From positions 46,081-110,080 of the forward strand of contig JBOHQS010000001.1 of NCBI GenBank assembly GCA_050732295.1: a stretch of DNA of 64,000 nucleotides, read 5' to 3'. A program made the translations under genes and the position numbers. Positions within the stretch are counted from its first letter, which is position 1. The number at the start of each line of letters is the position of its first letter. The notes beneath the pieces were generated by a model, which was not told where the DNA came from, ran no database searches, and saw only the letters and a program-made list of their open reading frames with translations. Source of the stretch: Candidatus Methylomirabilales bacterium. Lineage in GTDB: Bacteria > Methylomirabilota > Methylomirabilia > Methylomirabilales > CSP1-5. Below, piece by piece: positions 28,322-38,066 of the stretch.

Positions 28322-29257
28322 TCAATATTCCGGCTCCTTATATTCCCCTAATGTATATGGGCGCCGCAGCTCCCGCTTCAATTGCCCATGCCAACGCGCG
28401 TAGTGAGCATATGCAATAAGCGGGAGCAAATAGAATTTCTTTCTCAGAGGTGCTAATCGCCACCCTCCTACAAGCTGTTGTATCCCTAGTTCCCAGGACG
28501 GCCGCACACTCTTGCGTTTCCTCACTTCAGGATTGACTCTTAGCAAAGCTGTGGCTATTCTTTTATCCTCACTCAATATCGGAAGAAAGTCACGACGGTA
28601 CAGTAATACTTCTGGGACTAGTGCAATAGACCCTAGAATGCTGATTTCCAACATCAATACCATATCATTCGCGATAAGCGTTACCAGCGGCCGACACCGG
28701 CGTAATGCGGATACTCTGAACAAACCATACAACTCAAGAGCGCAGTATTCCACCTTCGCCACTACAACAAGGACTCTGCCAAAAGTTGGTAGATTTCGAG
28801 TGTCAATGATCTCTGGCACAATCTCTCTTACTGTTTCACCCTTCTCATTAATGACTCGTGCCAAAGGATATGCCAATACCACAGCGGGGTCAGCATCCAA
28901 AATGCGTTTACAGGCACTGATGAATGTGGGCGCCACGTAATCATGGCTGCCAGCCCATTTGAAATACTCACCGGACGAGAGCTCGAAAACGCGATTCAGG
29001 TTCCATGCGATCCCCATATTCCGTTCATTTCGATGGTACCGAATCCGCCCATCGCGTGCCGCGTACTCTAGACAAATTTGCTGCGTGCCGTCCGTAGACG
29101 CATTGTCAGAAATGATCAATTCAAAATGCTGGTAATCCTGGACCAGCAGCGAATCCAGCGCTTGCCGAATGTGCTGCTCACTGTTATACACTGGCAAGCC
29201 AATACTAACCAAGCACTTGTTCATTATCATCTCTGTGCGTTTACTCAATTCCGACAC
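28322..29257 (-). CDS. family 2 glycosyltransferase
   Basis: 311 aa, with VSIGLPVYNSEQHIRQALDSLLVQDY and IISDNASTDGT. Confidence 0.85.
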   Translation of the reverse strand: MSELSKRTEMIMNKCLVSIGLPVYNSEQHIRQALDSLLVQDYQHFELIISDNASTDGTQQICLEYAARDGRIRYHRNERNMGIAWNLNRVFELSSGEYFKWAGSHDYVAPTFISACKRILDADPAVVLAYPLARVINEKGETVREIVPEIIDTRNLPTFGRVLVVVAKVEYCALELYGLFRVSALRRCRPLVTLIANDMVLMLEISILGSIALVPEVLLYRRDFLPILSEDKRIATALLRVNPEVRKRKSVRPSWELGIQQLVGGWRLAPLRKKFYLLPLIAYAHYARWHGQLKRELRRPYTLGEYKEPEY

Positions 29258-29533
29258 CCTGCTTGACGCCCCAATCTCCAGAACCGCCCGTACTTTCCAA
29301 GTCTACCTTCCTTATAGTCAATAAATTCCGTTGGACAATCACACAACGCTTCGGAGGCCTGGTTCTTTGCCACACCCTACAGAAAGTGAATTGGCTCCCC
29401 GCCACCTAACCCGCGTCCGCCCCTCCAACACTACCCCCGTACCATAATCCTTATCTCCATCCTCTGCGCAGCCTGAACTCCCTAGAAATCGCCCATCGAC
29501 TTTACAAGAGACCGCAATCAACGTTGGATTCGA

Positions 29534-31084
29534 CTACTGCCGCACAACTCTATCTCTCAGGCTACGTGCCAATCGAACAAATCCGATTGGCATTGCCTCT
29601 ACTATTCCTTGTCTAACTCGTCGTCTAACTTCTCGCGCGACAGTGCGCTTGTCACGCGGGTTCACCGGTTCGTCCAGAACCTCCGGCCATAACTTGCAAA
29701 TTAGTTCCTTATATAGTATAGGTTCATCATGATCCCTATACTTTTCATCTACACCCAGCATATTCATTAGGAGCTGTCTACAATTATATGGCGTGAAGAC
29801 TTCTTGGACAATATCCCACTCGCTTTGAGTCATCGCTGCGAAATTGCCAGCCCAATGCTCCCAATAGAAGAGGTCGAGGAGATGAACATTGTATATTTCT
29901 CCGAGTTGTGAAAGCCAATTGTCCCACGATTTCACGACAAATGGATTGTTTGCCATGTCATCACTGAATTGGAATGTAGTGAACCTGGCTAAAGTCCTCG
30001 CAGTTATCTCCTCACCGTTGCGTATCCTAAAACGAACCCGAGTAATTTCCGCAGCATTACCTTTCACACAAACTCTATCTTGAGGATACACATCATATAA
30101 AGCCTGCGCCATATCCCCCCACAAGTCGTGCGCTGTTGTTACATTTCTCTTATATATTCGCCTAAATTCATCATCCATACAGACCCCATATTCTATCGTA
30201 GTATGCCTCAGCCCGAACTTTGAAAGGAGCTTCCGTGCTATTCTGGGGTCGGCTGGATACTTCCATGAAATCGTGAAATAGTACATCCTATCACTTATTT
30301 CTTTAGAGGAGGCTAGAATCAGCCGCGTGTCCCATCCCGCCGTAATTGCCAGTCCTAATTCGAATCTGTTGGAAGCACTCCTCATCAGTCCTTTAAGCAT
30401 TTGCGAATTCTTATCGACGGCTTCTTCAAGTGATAGGGTCTCTAACATCCTATCAGGCCAATATCTATAGCATATTCCCGTAGCTAACCTCAGGTAATGA
30501 TTGGGTAGGAGATGGCTTATCTCTTTATATGGAGTACTAGCGCCCGGCCACAGGTATTCATCCCAGTTCTTGTATACGTCCGAATTCATATACTGGGTTA
30601 CCGCATCAGCGTCCATGTCCAACTTCAAGACCTCTGCAATAATTCCCGGTTGGGATGCACACCACACGTCTTTAGTAAGGTAGACCTTCGTAAAGAACAC
30701 TTGTCGCAGACCCATGGGATCGTTAAACAATATGATTTCACTCCCATCGTCCACGATCAGGATCCATCTTCCGCCGAGGTCGTAAGTGCATTTGAAAAAG
30801 CTGTCTAACCTATCACACGTGGAAAGTTGACCGATTAAACGCTGCATGATCTCCGAATCGTGAGCTTCTGGCTTCCTTGGGTCTAAGATGTACCCCAACA
30901 AGGTTATCGATTTGTTGTCGTATGTCACGATGGACGCATCTAAATCTGGATGAACAGTCAAGCACATAGATGTCCGAACGGTGAGCTTTTTCCACGACGG
31001 TAGGGTGTCAACGAAGTGTGGTCCGATAATGAACTGGCGGCGAAATAACAATCTTTCTGCATCATATTTCGCTTGGTTATGCAT
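29534..31084 (-). CDS. protein of unknown function with a remote asparagine-synthetase-like layout (Ntn-like N-domain without Cys2; degenerate PP-loop)
   Basis: 516-aa uninterrupted ORF. GGRWILIVDDGSEIILFNDPMGLRQVFF resembles the AsnB glutaminase-domain core. LGLAITAGWDTRLILASS sits where AsnB has SGGxDS. Coding status is confident; the functional call is weak. Confidence 0.4.
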   Translation of the reverse strand: MHNQAKYDAERLLFRRQFIIGPHFVDTLPSWKKLTVRTSMCLTVHPDLDASIVTYDNKSITLLGYILDPRKPEAHDSEIMQRLIGQLSTCDRLDSFFKCTYDLGGRWILIVDDGSEIILFNDPMGLRQVFFTKVYLTKDVWCASQPGIIAEVLKLDMDADAVTQYMNSDVYKNWDEYLWPGASTPYKEISHLLPNHYLRLATGICYRYWPDRMLETLSLEEAVDKNSQMLKGLMRSASNRFELGLAITAGWDTRLILASSKEISDRMYYFTISWKYPADPRIARKLLSKFGLRHTTIEYGVCMDDEFRRIYKRNVTTAHDLWGDMAQALYDVYPQDRVCVKGNAAEITRVRFRIRNGEEITARTLARFTTFQFSDDMANNPFVVKSWDNWLSQLGEIYNVHLLDLFYWEHWAGNFAAMTQSEWDIVQEVFTPYNCRQLLMNMLGVDEKYRDHDEPILYKELICKLWPEVLDEPVNPRDKRTVAREVRRRVRQGIVEAMPIGFVRLARSLRDRVVRQ

Positions 31085-31253
31085 AGGCCATTCTTCCCTT
31101 TCTAATCATGGCCATCCAAATTACTATCTAGCGTGGAGCGCATGTATTGTTACGAAGTCATCGCGCGTAGCGATTGAGAAGTGCGGGAGTGTGAAGATAC
31201 CGAAAACATGAAGGTATCTTGCAAAAACATGACAAGGGACATGTGCGGAAGTG

Positions 31254-32741
31254 TCACTGCGCTGATTGCGTCTGCTCGGGTGTGGTCCGGTGAATGTTCG
31301 GTAAGAGTGTCCGGCCATGGAGGAACTGGGCTATACGGGCCGCCGCTAGTTCGTTTCCAGCGTGGTTATAGTGGGTGTCCCGCACTAAATACAGGTCACC
31401 GTCCTTAGCTTTCGCGCGGAATGACGGAAGGAGATCCAAACAAGGTATCCCCCTATCTATGCAGTACAAGCGTAACATTTTTTGGGGAAGATCAAAGTCA
31501 TACTCGTCTTCACTCACTTGGAAGGTGGTGATGATGTCTTGTCGGAGTTTGTCATCAATCTGGGTTTCATCGGGATGGATCACCATCACATAGCGCGCTC
31601 CACCCGCTTCTGCTGCGGCGCGGATGGCGTCTAGAACAGGAAAGACCTTCTTCATCCGCTCCACATCTTGGTCAGTTCGCTTGGCCCATCGATTCATTCT
31701 CCCGAACTGTAGTTTGAGGAACGAGCTCTTGGCGTAAGACCCGACACTGTCCCCGATACCCCGTTTTAGTTCGTTTTGTCTGCGCCATTCCTCCTGCAAA
31801 ACCCCCAGCGCACTCTCGATCCAATTTCGCACTAAGAAATTGCGTGGTCTATACCGCAAAGTATCTAGATTCCTATTTACCACGATGGAGAGGTAGCTGT
31901 ACACCTCCGTGGCGTGCCCGAACAGGGCGAAGTCGTTCCCAGCAAAGAATCCATGGAGGACGAGATCTGGAGAGTACGGCATACCGAAACGACGAAGGAT
32001 ATCCAACTCAAGTATCGTATCGTAGCCAGGCACAGAGATATTGACCATCTGAATAGTTGGCGCCACATTACGGCGCAAAAGGTCTTCTAGGAGATAATGG
32101 TAATTAGATGTTCTACCCCCGGCGGTGCCAAAAGAGTCGGACAATCCTAATATCCTAAATGTCCCAGCCGGTTTCGCCACGGAAATGGGTTGCGGCCATG
32201 CAGAATTATGCTTTCGAACAACATCAGAAGTCATTAATCGAAGAAATTCACCCTCGGTCTTTGGGGTCCGGCTATCCACCACGAAGTGAACAAACATCAA
32301 TTCGACCAGGATCACTGTAAGCATAAGTGAGCAGGCGCACAGAGCTAGATGGCCTGAGAACTGACCCGATTCCCTCCGTAGGCCTTCTGCCTGTATGAGA
32401 ATCCCCATCCCCAGGGCAAGATTAACCCAGTCACTTGGCGCACCTGGAAACCCCGCGATGAAGTCGATGAGTAAAACGACAGATAGAATAAGGATGGCAA
32501 TAGATATGAGAGGGCGACCGGAAAATCGCCTTGTCAGCTGTCGATAGGAAACGCGGAGAACGGATAAGCGCCAAAAAAGACCTAGATTGATCCCGGCCAG
32601 GATTAACATTATAGTGTAATTGAGGCTGTACCTGTTGAAGACAGCCGGGAATTCGCTCTTGTGCGTTAAGAGAAACAGACATCCCACTATTCCTAGGACG
32701 AGCAAGATCCGCTCTCTTCGGTAATGCTCAAAATATTGCAT
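31254..32741 (-). CDS. membrane-anchored SGNH/GDSL-type hydrolase or acyl-esterase (AlgX/AlgJ-like features)
   Basis: 495 aa with ~5 N-terminal TM helices. SGNH blocks are ILGLSDSFG (block I), FFAGNDF (block III) and VRDTHYNHAGN (block V, DxxH). Confidence 0.65.
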   Translation of the reverse strand: MQYFEHYRRERILLVLGIVGCLFLLTHKSEFPAVFNRYSLNYTIMLILAGINLGLFWRLSVLRVSYRQLTRRFSGRPLISIAILILSVVLLIDFIAGFPGAPSDWVNLALGMGILIQAEGLRRESGQFSGHLALCACSLMLTVILVELMFVHFVVDSRTPKTEGEFLRLMTSDVVRKHNSAWPQPISVAKPAGTFRILGLSDSFGTAGGRTSNYHYLLEDLLRRNVAPTIQMVNISVPGYDTILELDILRRFGMPYSPDLVLHGFFAGNDFALFGHATEVYSYLSIVVNRNLDTLRYRPRNFLVRNWIESALGVLQEEWRRQNELKRGIGDSVGSYAKSSFLKLQFGRMNRWAKRTDQDVERMKKVFPVLDAIRAAAEAGGARYVMVIHPDETQIDDKLRQDIITTFQVSEDEYDFDLPQKMLRLYCIDRGIPCLDLLPSFRAKAKDGDLYLVRDTHYNHAGNELAAARIAQFLHGRTLLPNIHRTTPEQTQSAQ

Positions 32742-32988
32742 ATTTAGGCACGTGTCGGCGAGTTGTCACCTGGCACCGACGGCTTCGAGTGGCGGGGAAA
32801 CGATGGAATGAGCAGATAGAGAAAACATTGCGTTCTGCCGGGGTTTGGTTGCAAGGATTTCTCGGGACCCCGACCAGCGCTAGTTGTCGACCGCTTTGAG
32901 CTGAGTAGCGATGATATTGGCGATCCAGTCCGCATCGTGATCGAGGTGGTCACGGCGACCACGTTCCTGACTCACGCCTCGAATCCAA

Positions 32989-33723
32989 TCAAGTGTGAAT
33001 GGGTTTGATCAAAGGCCTGATTGAGATGTCAGTCACTTCGGCGGTCCGGGGCAAACTCAGCGCGTTGATCACGACCGCAGCTACGTCTTCTGGCTGCAAG
33101 AGTCGCTCAGGCGAATAGGTCCTTCCCTCCATTTCGTGAACGGCGGCCTGCATAGGGGTGGCCGTGCGCCCGACGAATACACTGAGCACCCGAATTCCAT
33201 CGGCGTTCACTTCGCCTCTCAGGCTGTCCGCAAGCGCCTTGAGGGCATGCTTCGTTACAGCGTACTGGCTGACTCCTGGCGCAGCATTTCGACCTGCCGT
33301 CGAGTTAATGAATACAATCTGGCCCTGACAAGACCGAATCATCGGGAGCAGAGTCTGCGTCAGGATATAGGGAGCACGAACGTTCACGCTGTATTGCCAG
33401 TCAAAGTCTTTCACTGACGTTGTCTCGACGTGGCCCAGCGAGATGACGCCTGCACTATGGACCAAGACGTCAACATGTTCAACATCGGCCTGTAAGCGCA
33501 TCACCAAGTCCTGGACATCTTGGTCCAACGTCAGATCGCCTTGATGTGGCAGAACCAGCGGGGAAGTCTTTCGCGCGATCGCGGCGACCTCCTCCAATGC
33601 GTCCAATCGACGTCCAACAAGATAAATGGTCGCACCCTGCTCAGCGAGCGCCAACGCAATGGCTTTGCCGATGCCGCTACTGGCTCCCGTGACCACCGCA
33701 ATCTGGTCAGTAAAGCCTCTCAC
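32989..33723 (-). CDS. classical short-chain dehydrogenase/reductase
   Basis: 244 aa, with VAVVTGASSGIGKAIALAL, VHSAG and YAVTKHAL. Confidence 0.85.
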   Translation of the reverse strand: MRGFTDQIAVVTGASSGIGKAIALALAEQGATIYLVGRRLDALEEVAAIARKTSPLVLPHQGDLTLDQDVQDLVMRLQADVEHVDVLVHSAGVISLGHVETTSVKDFDWQYSVNVRAPYILTQTLLPMIRSCQGQIVFINSTAGRNAAPGVSQYAVTKHALKALADSLRGEVNADGIRVLSVFVGRTATPMQAAVHEMEGRTYSPERLLQPEDVAAVVINALSLPRTAEVTDISIRPLIKPIHT

Positions 33724-35126
33724 GATACGGGTTTCCTCCGGACTCTCTTTCTGTTTCTCCGTGGAGCTTTCTTCGGTTCTTTGGAATGTGTTTCCCGGCG
33801 AACTTCTTCCAACAACCCGTGTTCCCCCAAGGCACCTGCTGCGGTCTTGAGTACACCAAATTCCAATCCTGCCCGCTCGGCTATATCCAAGAGGCTATGG
33901 TTACCGTCCGAGAAATTCAGGACCCATAACATCGCCATCTGGGCGGTGGCTCCATCGCCCGATCCCCCAATCGAACGGTAGAGGCCTCTCTTTCCCAACT
34001 GCGGTTCGCACTTCGGTTGTTGGTTCGCATACGTCCGATTATTCTCAAGGACATTTATTACTGACAGACACTTCTGAAACGAGTCCGCGAGATACTCCGG
34101 CTTGACAAAACTGAGATCGTCGGCAGACGTGTGATATTCAGGGTAACGGCCATAGGGCGTTCGACTGAGGCAACCCACCGGTAAGTTAAAACCAGGGGAG
34201 CAGTATTGTCGCTCGTCATAGCCGTACGGCGTAAAGTCCACAATCTCGAAGTCTTGACCCGAGTGCTTCAAAACATGGATAACCGCCCTATCGAGCTCGG
34301 CATTCCCTTGACGGCTCCTCTTGTAGGTGGACTTGCCTGAGTCCCCAACACCGGTGATGACGAGCCCGTGCTTGATGTTGGCAATGCGGGATTCATTGAG
34401 GCTCAGCCAAGCGATGGACCCGATCGTCCCCGGGACGAACAGAAATCGGTAGGAGTATCTCAATGATAACTGACTTAGGTATTTGGCGAGGAGTGTGCTG
34501 AGGGCCACGCCCGAAAGATTGTCATTACACAATGACGGATGGCACACGTGGGTGGAGATCAACACCTCGTCCTCGACCCGCCCCTTGAGGTAGTACTCAC
34601 CGTAGCTGAGATAGCCCTCCTTTAAAGAAGCATCGATACATACCTCGTACTCCTCTTCTTCCAGTTTCACGTATTGGCTGTGCCTGAGACAAAAGCCCCA
34701 CGATTCATTATAGTAGGAGGTACGATAGGGGATCCAGTCAGGACGGTCTGGGAGAGTAAACAGATGTTCCTTGAGTTTATGCAGAGGCATCCTCGCTGCG
34801 ATGGGGATGCTGTACCCCACCACATGTAGGTTCGAATTCCTGAAATCGATTATTTTCTCGCCCTTCGAATTCTTTATGTATGCATCACGTATGTTCCACT
34901 CCTTGGGGACCGTCCAGTCAAACACGCGAGTGCCGGTTGGGACCTCATGGATTTGGAGGGGGATCTGCCCTTGGAGGATCCTGAGGGTTTGGCGCAGGCC
35001 ATCTCCGGTAATGCTCCGGCAGATAGGGTACAGGTCCGAGATAAGGTCGTGGATCTCCCGGCCAACCTTATGCGGGACCACGCGGGTTCTAAGATCCGTG
35101 AGATTCATGGGCCTAGGCGACGGCAC
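33720..35126 (-). CDS. aminopeptidase-like domain protein (DUF2172/DUF4910 type) typical of polysaccharide loci
   Basis: 468 aa, with LYPICRSITGDGLRQTL, VPTGTRVFDWTVPKEWNI and YRFLFVPGTIGSIAWL. The family assignment is from memory of COG4310-like proteins. Confidence 0.65.
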   Translation of the reverse strand: MPSPRPMNLTDLRTRVVPHKVGREIHDLISDLYPICRSITGDGLRQTLRILQGQIPLQIHEVPTGTRVFDWTVPKEWNIRDAYIKNSKGEKIIDFRNSNLHVVGYSIPIAARMPLHKLKEHLFTLPDRPDWIPYRTSYYNESWGFCLRHSQYVKLEEEEYEVCIDASLKEGYLSYGEYYLKGRVEDEVLISTHVCHPSLCNDNLSGVALSTLLAKYLSQLSLRYSYRFLFVPGTIGSIAWLSLNESRIANIKHGLVITGVGDSGKSTYKRSRQGNAELDRAVIHVLKHSGQDFEIVDFTPYGYDERQYCSPGFNLPVGCLSRTPYGRYPEYHTSADDLSFVKPEYLADSFQKCLSVINVLENNRTYANQQPKCEPQLGKRGLYRSIGGSGDGATAQMAMLWVLNFSDGNHSLLDIAERAGLEFGVLKTAAGALGEHGLLEEVRRETHSKEPKKAPRRNRKRVRRKPVS

Positions 35127-35658
35127 TCACACAGAAACCGGGATAACTGCGGTCCCGGTCAGAGATGATCCGCTCGCCGGAGGGCCATGTGATGCCGAAC
35201 GCCGGGTCATCCCATCGGATCCCTCTGGCCGCTTCAGGCACGTAAAACTCCGACATCTGGTAGAACACCTCCGTGTTATCCTCGAGGGTCTGAAAGCCGT
35301 GGCCGAGACCCTCGGGAATATAGAGCGCCTTACGGTTTTCAGCCGAAAGGACCACGGCACTATGCTGCATGAAAGTCGGGGATTCCGGTCGGAGATCTAT
35401 TATGACATCATAGATTGACCCCATGGTACAGCGGGCGAGCTTTGCTTCTTGATGGGGTTTGATTTGGTAGTGCATTCCTCTTAAGGTACCCTTCTTTTTG
35501 TTGTAAGAAATACTACACTGCACCAGGTTTGGATTGAGTCCATATTCCTCAAATTCTCGCTGGCACCAGACGCGAGCGAAGAATCCCCGTTCATCCTCGC
35601 GTCTTTCGGGCTCGATGATGAAGGCGTTTTTGAGTCTTGTTTCAGAGAACATCATCAA
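35113..35658 (-). CDS. rfbC: NDP-4-keto-6-deoxyhexose 3,5-epimerase (RmlC cupin family)
   Basis: 181 aa, with GTLRGMHYQ, GSIYDVIIDLRPESPTF, LYIPEGLGHGFQTL and IRWDDPAFGITWP. Confidence 0.85.
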   Translation of the reverse strand: MMMFSETRLKNAFIIEPERREDERGFFARVWCQREFEEYGLNPNLVQCSISYNKKKGTLRGMHYQIKPHQEAKLARCTMGSIYDVIIDLRPESPTFMQHSAVVLSAENRKALYIPEGLGHGFQTLEDNTEVFYQMSEFYVPEAARGIRWDDPAFGITWPSGERIISDRDRSYPGFCVSAVA

Positions 35659-36884
35659 TAGACCCGCACCTCAGGGATGGGGACAACGAACTTTCCACCC
35701 CAGTCACGGATATAGGCCGCCTGTTCCATGATTTCATCCTTGATGTTCCACGGCAGAATCAATACGTAGTCCGGCATCGTCTCCTGGATTTTTTTTGGAT
35801 GATAGATCGGAATACGTGTACCTGGGAGGAAATGGCCCTGTTTGTGGGGACTCCGGTCAACGGTATAATCAATGAAATCCGACCGGATGCCGCAATAGTT
35901 TAACAGGGTATTCCCTTTTGCCGCTGCGCCATACGCGACGATCGACTTCCCCCCTTCCTTTGCCCCAATCAGGAACGCCAGAAGCCTGCGTTTTGTCTCT
36001 TTTACCTTGTTGGCAAACGAAAGATAGCATTCCACACGGGAATATCCCGCAGCTTCCTCTTCGCCAAGCAGATCTGTGACGCGCTCGCTTAGTGGATTTG
36101 ACCTGTCCTGCATATGACATGCATAAATCCTTAAGGAGCCACCGTGCGTGGGAAGTTCTTCGACATCGAAGAGGGTCAGACCTTGCTTGGTGAAGACCTT
36201 TTTGACTGTGATAAGGGAAAAATATGAGAAGTGTTCATGGTAGATGGTGTCGAACTGGTTCTCTGCGATCAAGCGCATCAGATGGGGAAATTCCATCGTG
36301 ATGACGCCCTGGGGGTTCAGGAGCATCTTCATGCCCATGACAAAATCATTGAGATCGGGCACGTGGGCTAGCACGTTGTTTCCCACCAAAAGATCGGCCT
36401 TTATTCCTTGGCCGGCCAGTTCACGGGCCGTTTCCTTCCCGAAGAACTTCACAATCGTTGGGATACCCTTCTTGAGGGCTGCTTCAGCTACATTCTCTGC
36501 CGGCTCTATACCCAGAACAGGTACGCCTCTGGCAACAAAGTATTGAAGCAGGTAACCATCGTTGCTAGCGATTTCTACTACTTGGCTTTGTTCATCCAAC
36601 CCACAACGCTTCACCATCATATCGGTATATGTCCTGGCGTGTTCAAGCCAGGTATCGGAGTACGACGAAAAGTAGCTATAATCACTAAAGATATCCTTAG
36701 GACTTACAACCTCTTCCAGTTGAACCAAGAAACAGCAGTCACACACATACACATGCAGTGGATAGAACGGTTCCATCTGGTTCAGTTGGCTTGGTTTTAG
36801 ATAGGAGTTGGCAAGCGGTGATATACCTAAATCAACAAAGGTATGTTCTAAAATCGACCCACAAAACCGACAACCAGACATCAT
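35655..36884 (-). CDS. NDP-hexose C-methyltransferase (TylC3-like: zinc-ribbon, class I MT and C-methyltransferase C-domain)
   Basis: 409 aa, with CRFCGS...CDCCFLVQL, VVEIASNDGYLLQ, NNVLAHVPDLNDF and DTIYHEHFSYFS. Confidence 0.8.
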   Translation of the reverse strand: MMSGCRFCGSILEHTFVDLGISPLANSYLKPSQLNQMEPFYPLHVYVCDCCFLVQLEEVVSPKDIFSDYSYFSSYSDTWLEHARTYTDMMVKRCGLDEQSQVVEIASNDGYLLQYFVARGVPVLGIEPAENVAEAALKKGIPTIVKFFGKETARELAGQGIKADLLVGNNVLAHVPDLNDFVMGMKMLLNPQGVITMEFPHLMRLIAENQFDTIYHEHFSYFSLITVKKVFTKQGLTLFDVEELPTHGGSLRIYACHMQDRSNPLSERVTDLLGEEEAAGYSRVECYLSFANKVKETKRRLLAFLIGAKEGGKSIVAYGAAAKGNTLLNYCGIRSDFIDYTVDRSPHKQGHFLPGTRIPIYHPKKIQETMPDYVLILPWNIKDEIMEQAAYIRDWGGKFVVPIPEVRVY

Positions 36885-36997
36885 GACGTCACCATTAATA
36901 AGGTGCCAACGCTAGCTTGAATCCGCTGGCTGCATGGCATTCGCGGATGAAGGTCGAAACTTGGAAAGGCCGTTCTTGAGCCTTTGCAGTCACTCAC

Positions 36998-38020
36998 CTA
37001 CTTCCAAAAGAAACGGTCGTCAATCTGCCGTGTCTTGATAAGATGTTCAAGCTGTTTAATGCGCGTAAACGTTCTAAATTCAAAGGTTTCACGCGACAGG
37101 TTTATCCTTTCAAACAGTTCGAGAAGCTCCATTACGCCACTCATGGAATCTCTGCGGCATCGAAATCCGGGGAGCTGGGTGTTAATTTTGTCAAAGCAAA
37201 CCCGATAGGTACGGTTATCTCTATTGTTCACACCAAGTGTCAACTTGCATCCCGGAAAGACGCGAGCAACGATTTCAGCGATCTCTTTAACCTGGTAGTT
37301 CTCCTTGGTATCCCCAACATTGAAGATTTGGTCGTGCACAACCTCCCTAGGTGCATCTAAGGCGCAAGCGATGGCCTCGCAAATGTCAAGCACATGCACT
37401 AAGGGGCGCCACGGTGTTCCATCGCTTGTCATCCGAATTTCCTTCGTTGTCCAGGCCCAACCAGCCAAGTTATTCAGGACGAGGTCAAATCGCATTCTCC
37501 GAGAAGGGCCGTAAGCGGTCGCATTCCGGAGAAATGTGGGCGAAAAGTCATCATCAGCCAGCTCCGACACATCCCGCTCCACCAGGACCTTACATCTTGC
37601 GTATGCAGTTTGTGGGCTCGTCGGAGACTGCTCTGTTTGGTATGTCTCTGAGCCCATGCCATACACACTGCAAGAGGACGTGTACACAAATCTCTGAATG
37701 CCCGCTACCTTGCACTTTCTTGCCAAATTCACGGCGCCCCTGTGATTAATGTCGTACGTAATCCTAGGGTTCAATTGCCCCAGGGGATCATTTGACAGCT
37801 CGGCGAGGTGGACGACCGCATCAAACCCGCCTAGATCCTCTTTCGTGATCCGGCGGACGTCCTTTCTGATGCAGGGCGCAGCTGAGTGAATACCGTCGTA
37901 CAGCGCACCGTCCAAGTAGAAGCCCGTGTCGAGCCCCCCCACGTGATGGCCTCGTTCGACAAGATACGGAGTCAGCACTGATCCAATATATCCCTCTGCA
38001 CCTGTGACAAGGATGTTCAT
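36998..38020 (-). CDS. NAD-dependent epimerase/dehydratase (extended SDR)
   Basis: 340 aa, with MNILVTGAEGYIGSVL, TSSCSVYG and YARCKVLVE. Confidence 0.8.
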   Translation of the reverse strand: MNILVTGAEGYIGSVLTPYLVERGHHVGGLDTGFYLDGALYDGIHSAAPCIRKDVRRITKEDLGGFDAVVHLAELSNDPLGQLNPRITYDINHRGAVNLARKCKVAGIQRFVYTSSCSVYGMGSETYQTEQSPTSPQTAYARCKVLVERDVSELADDDFSPTFLRNATAYGPSRRMRFDLVLNNLAGWAWTTKEIRMTSDGTPWRPLVHVLDICEAIACALDAPREVVHDQIFNVGDTKENYQVKEIAEIVARVFPGCKLTLGVNNRDNRTYRVCFDKINTQLPGFRCRRDSMSGVMELLELFERINLSRETFEFRTFTRIKQLEHLIKTRQIDDRFFWK

Positions 38021-38066
38021 GATCTTTTTTTCTTGTAAGGAGGTACAGTTACCGCTCGCCGAGGCT

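Noticed and set aside
29339-29521. Small ORFs filling intergenic gaps: 29339-29521 (60 aa), 32744-32962 (72 aa) and 31124-31318 (64 aa).
   Set aside because: They have no recognisable motifs, no convincing RBS, and unusual composition. They are more likely non-coding spacer or promoter regions.
31194-31220. A hairpin (aagatacc-11 nt-ggtatctt) in the gap between the SGNH gene and the 516-aa orphan gene, considered as a terminator.
   Set aside because: In the minus-strand transcript the T-run precedes the stem rather than following it. There is no canonical terminator geometry in either orientation.
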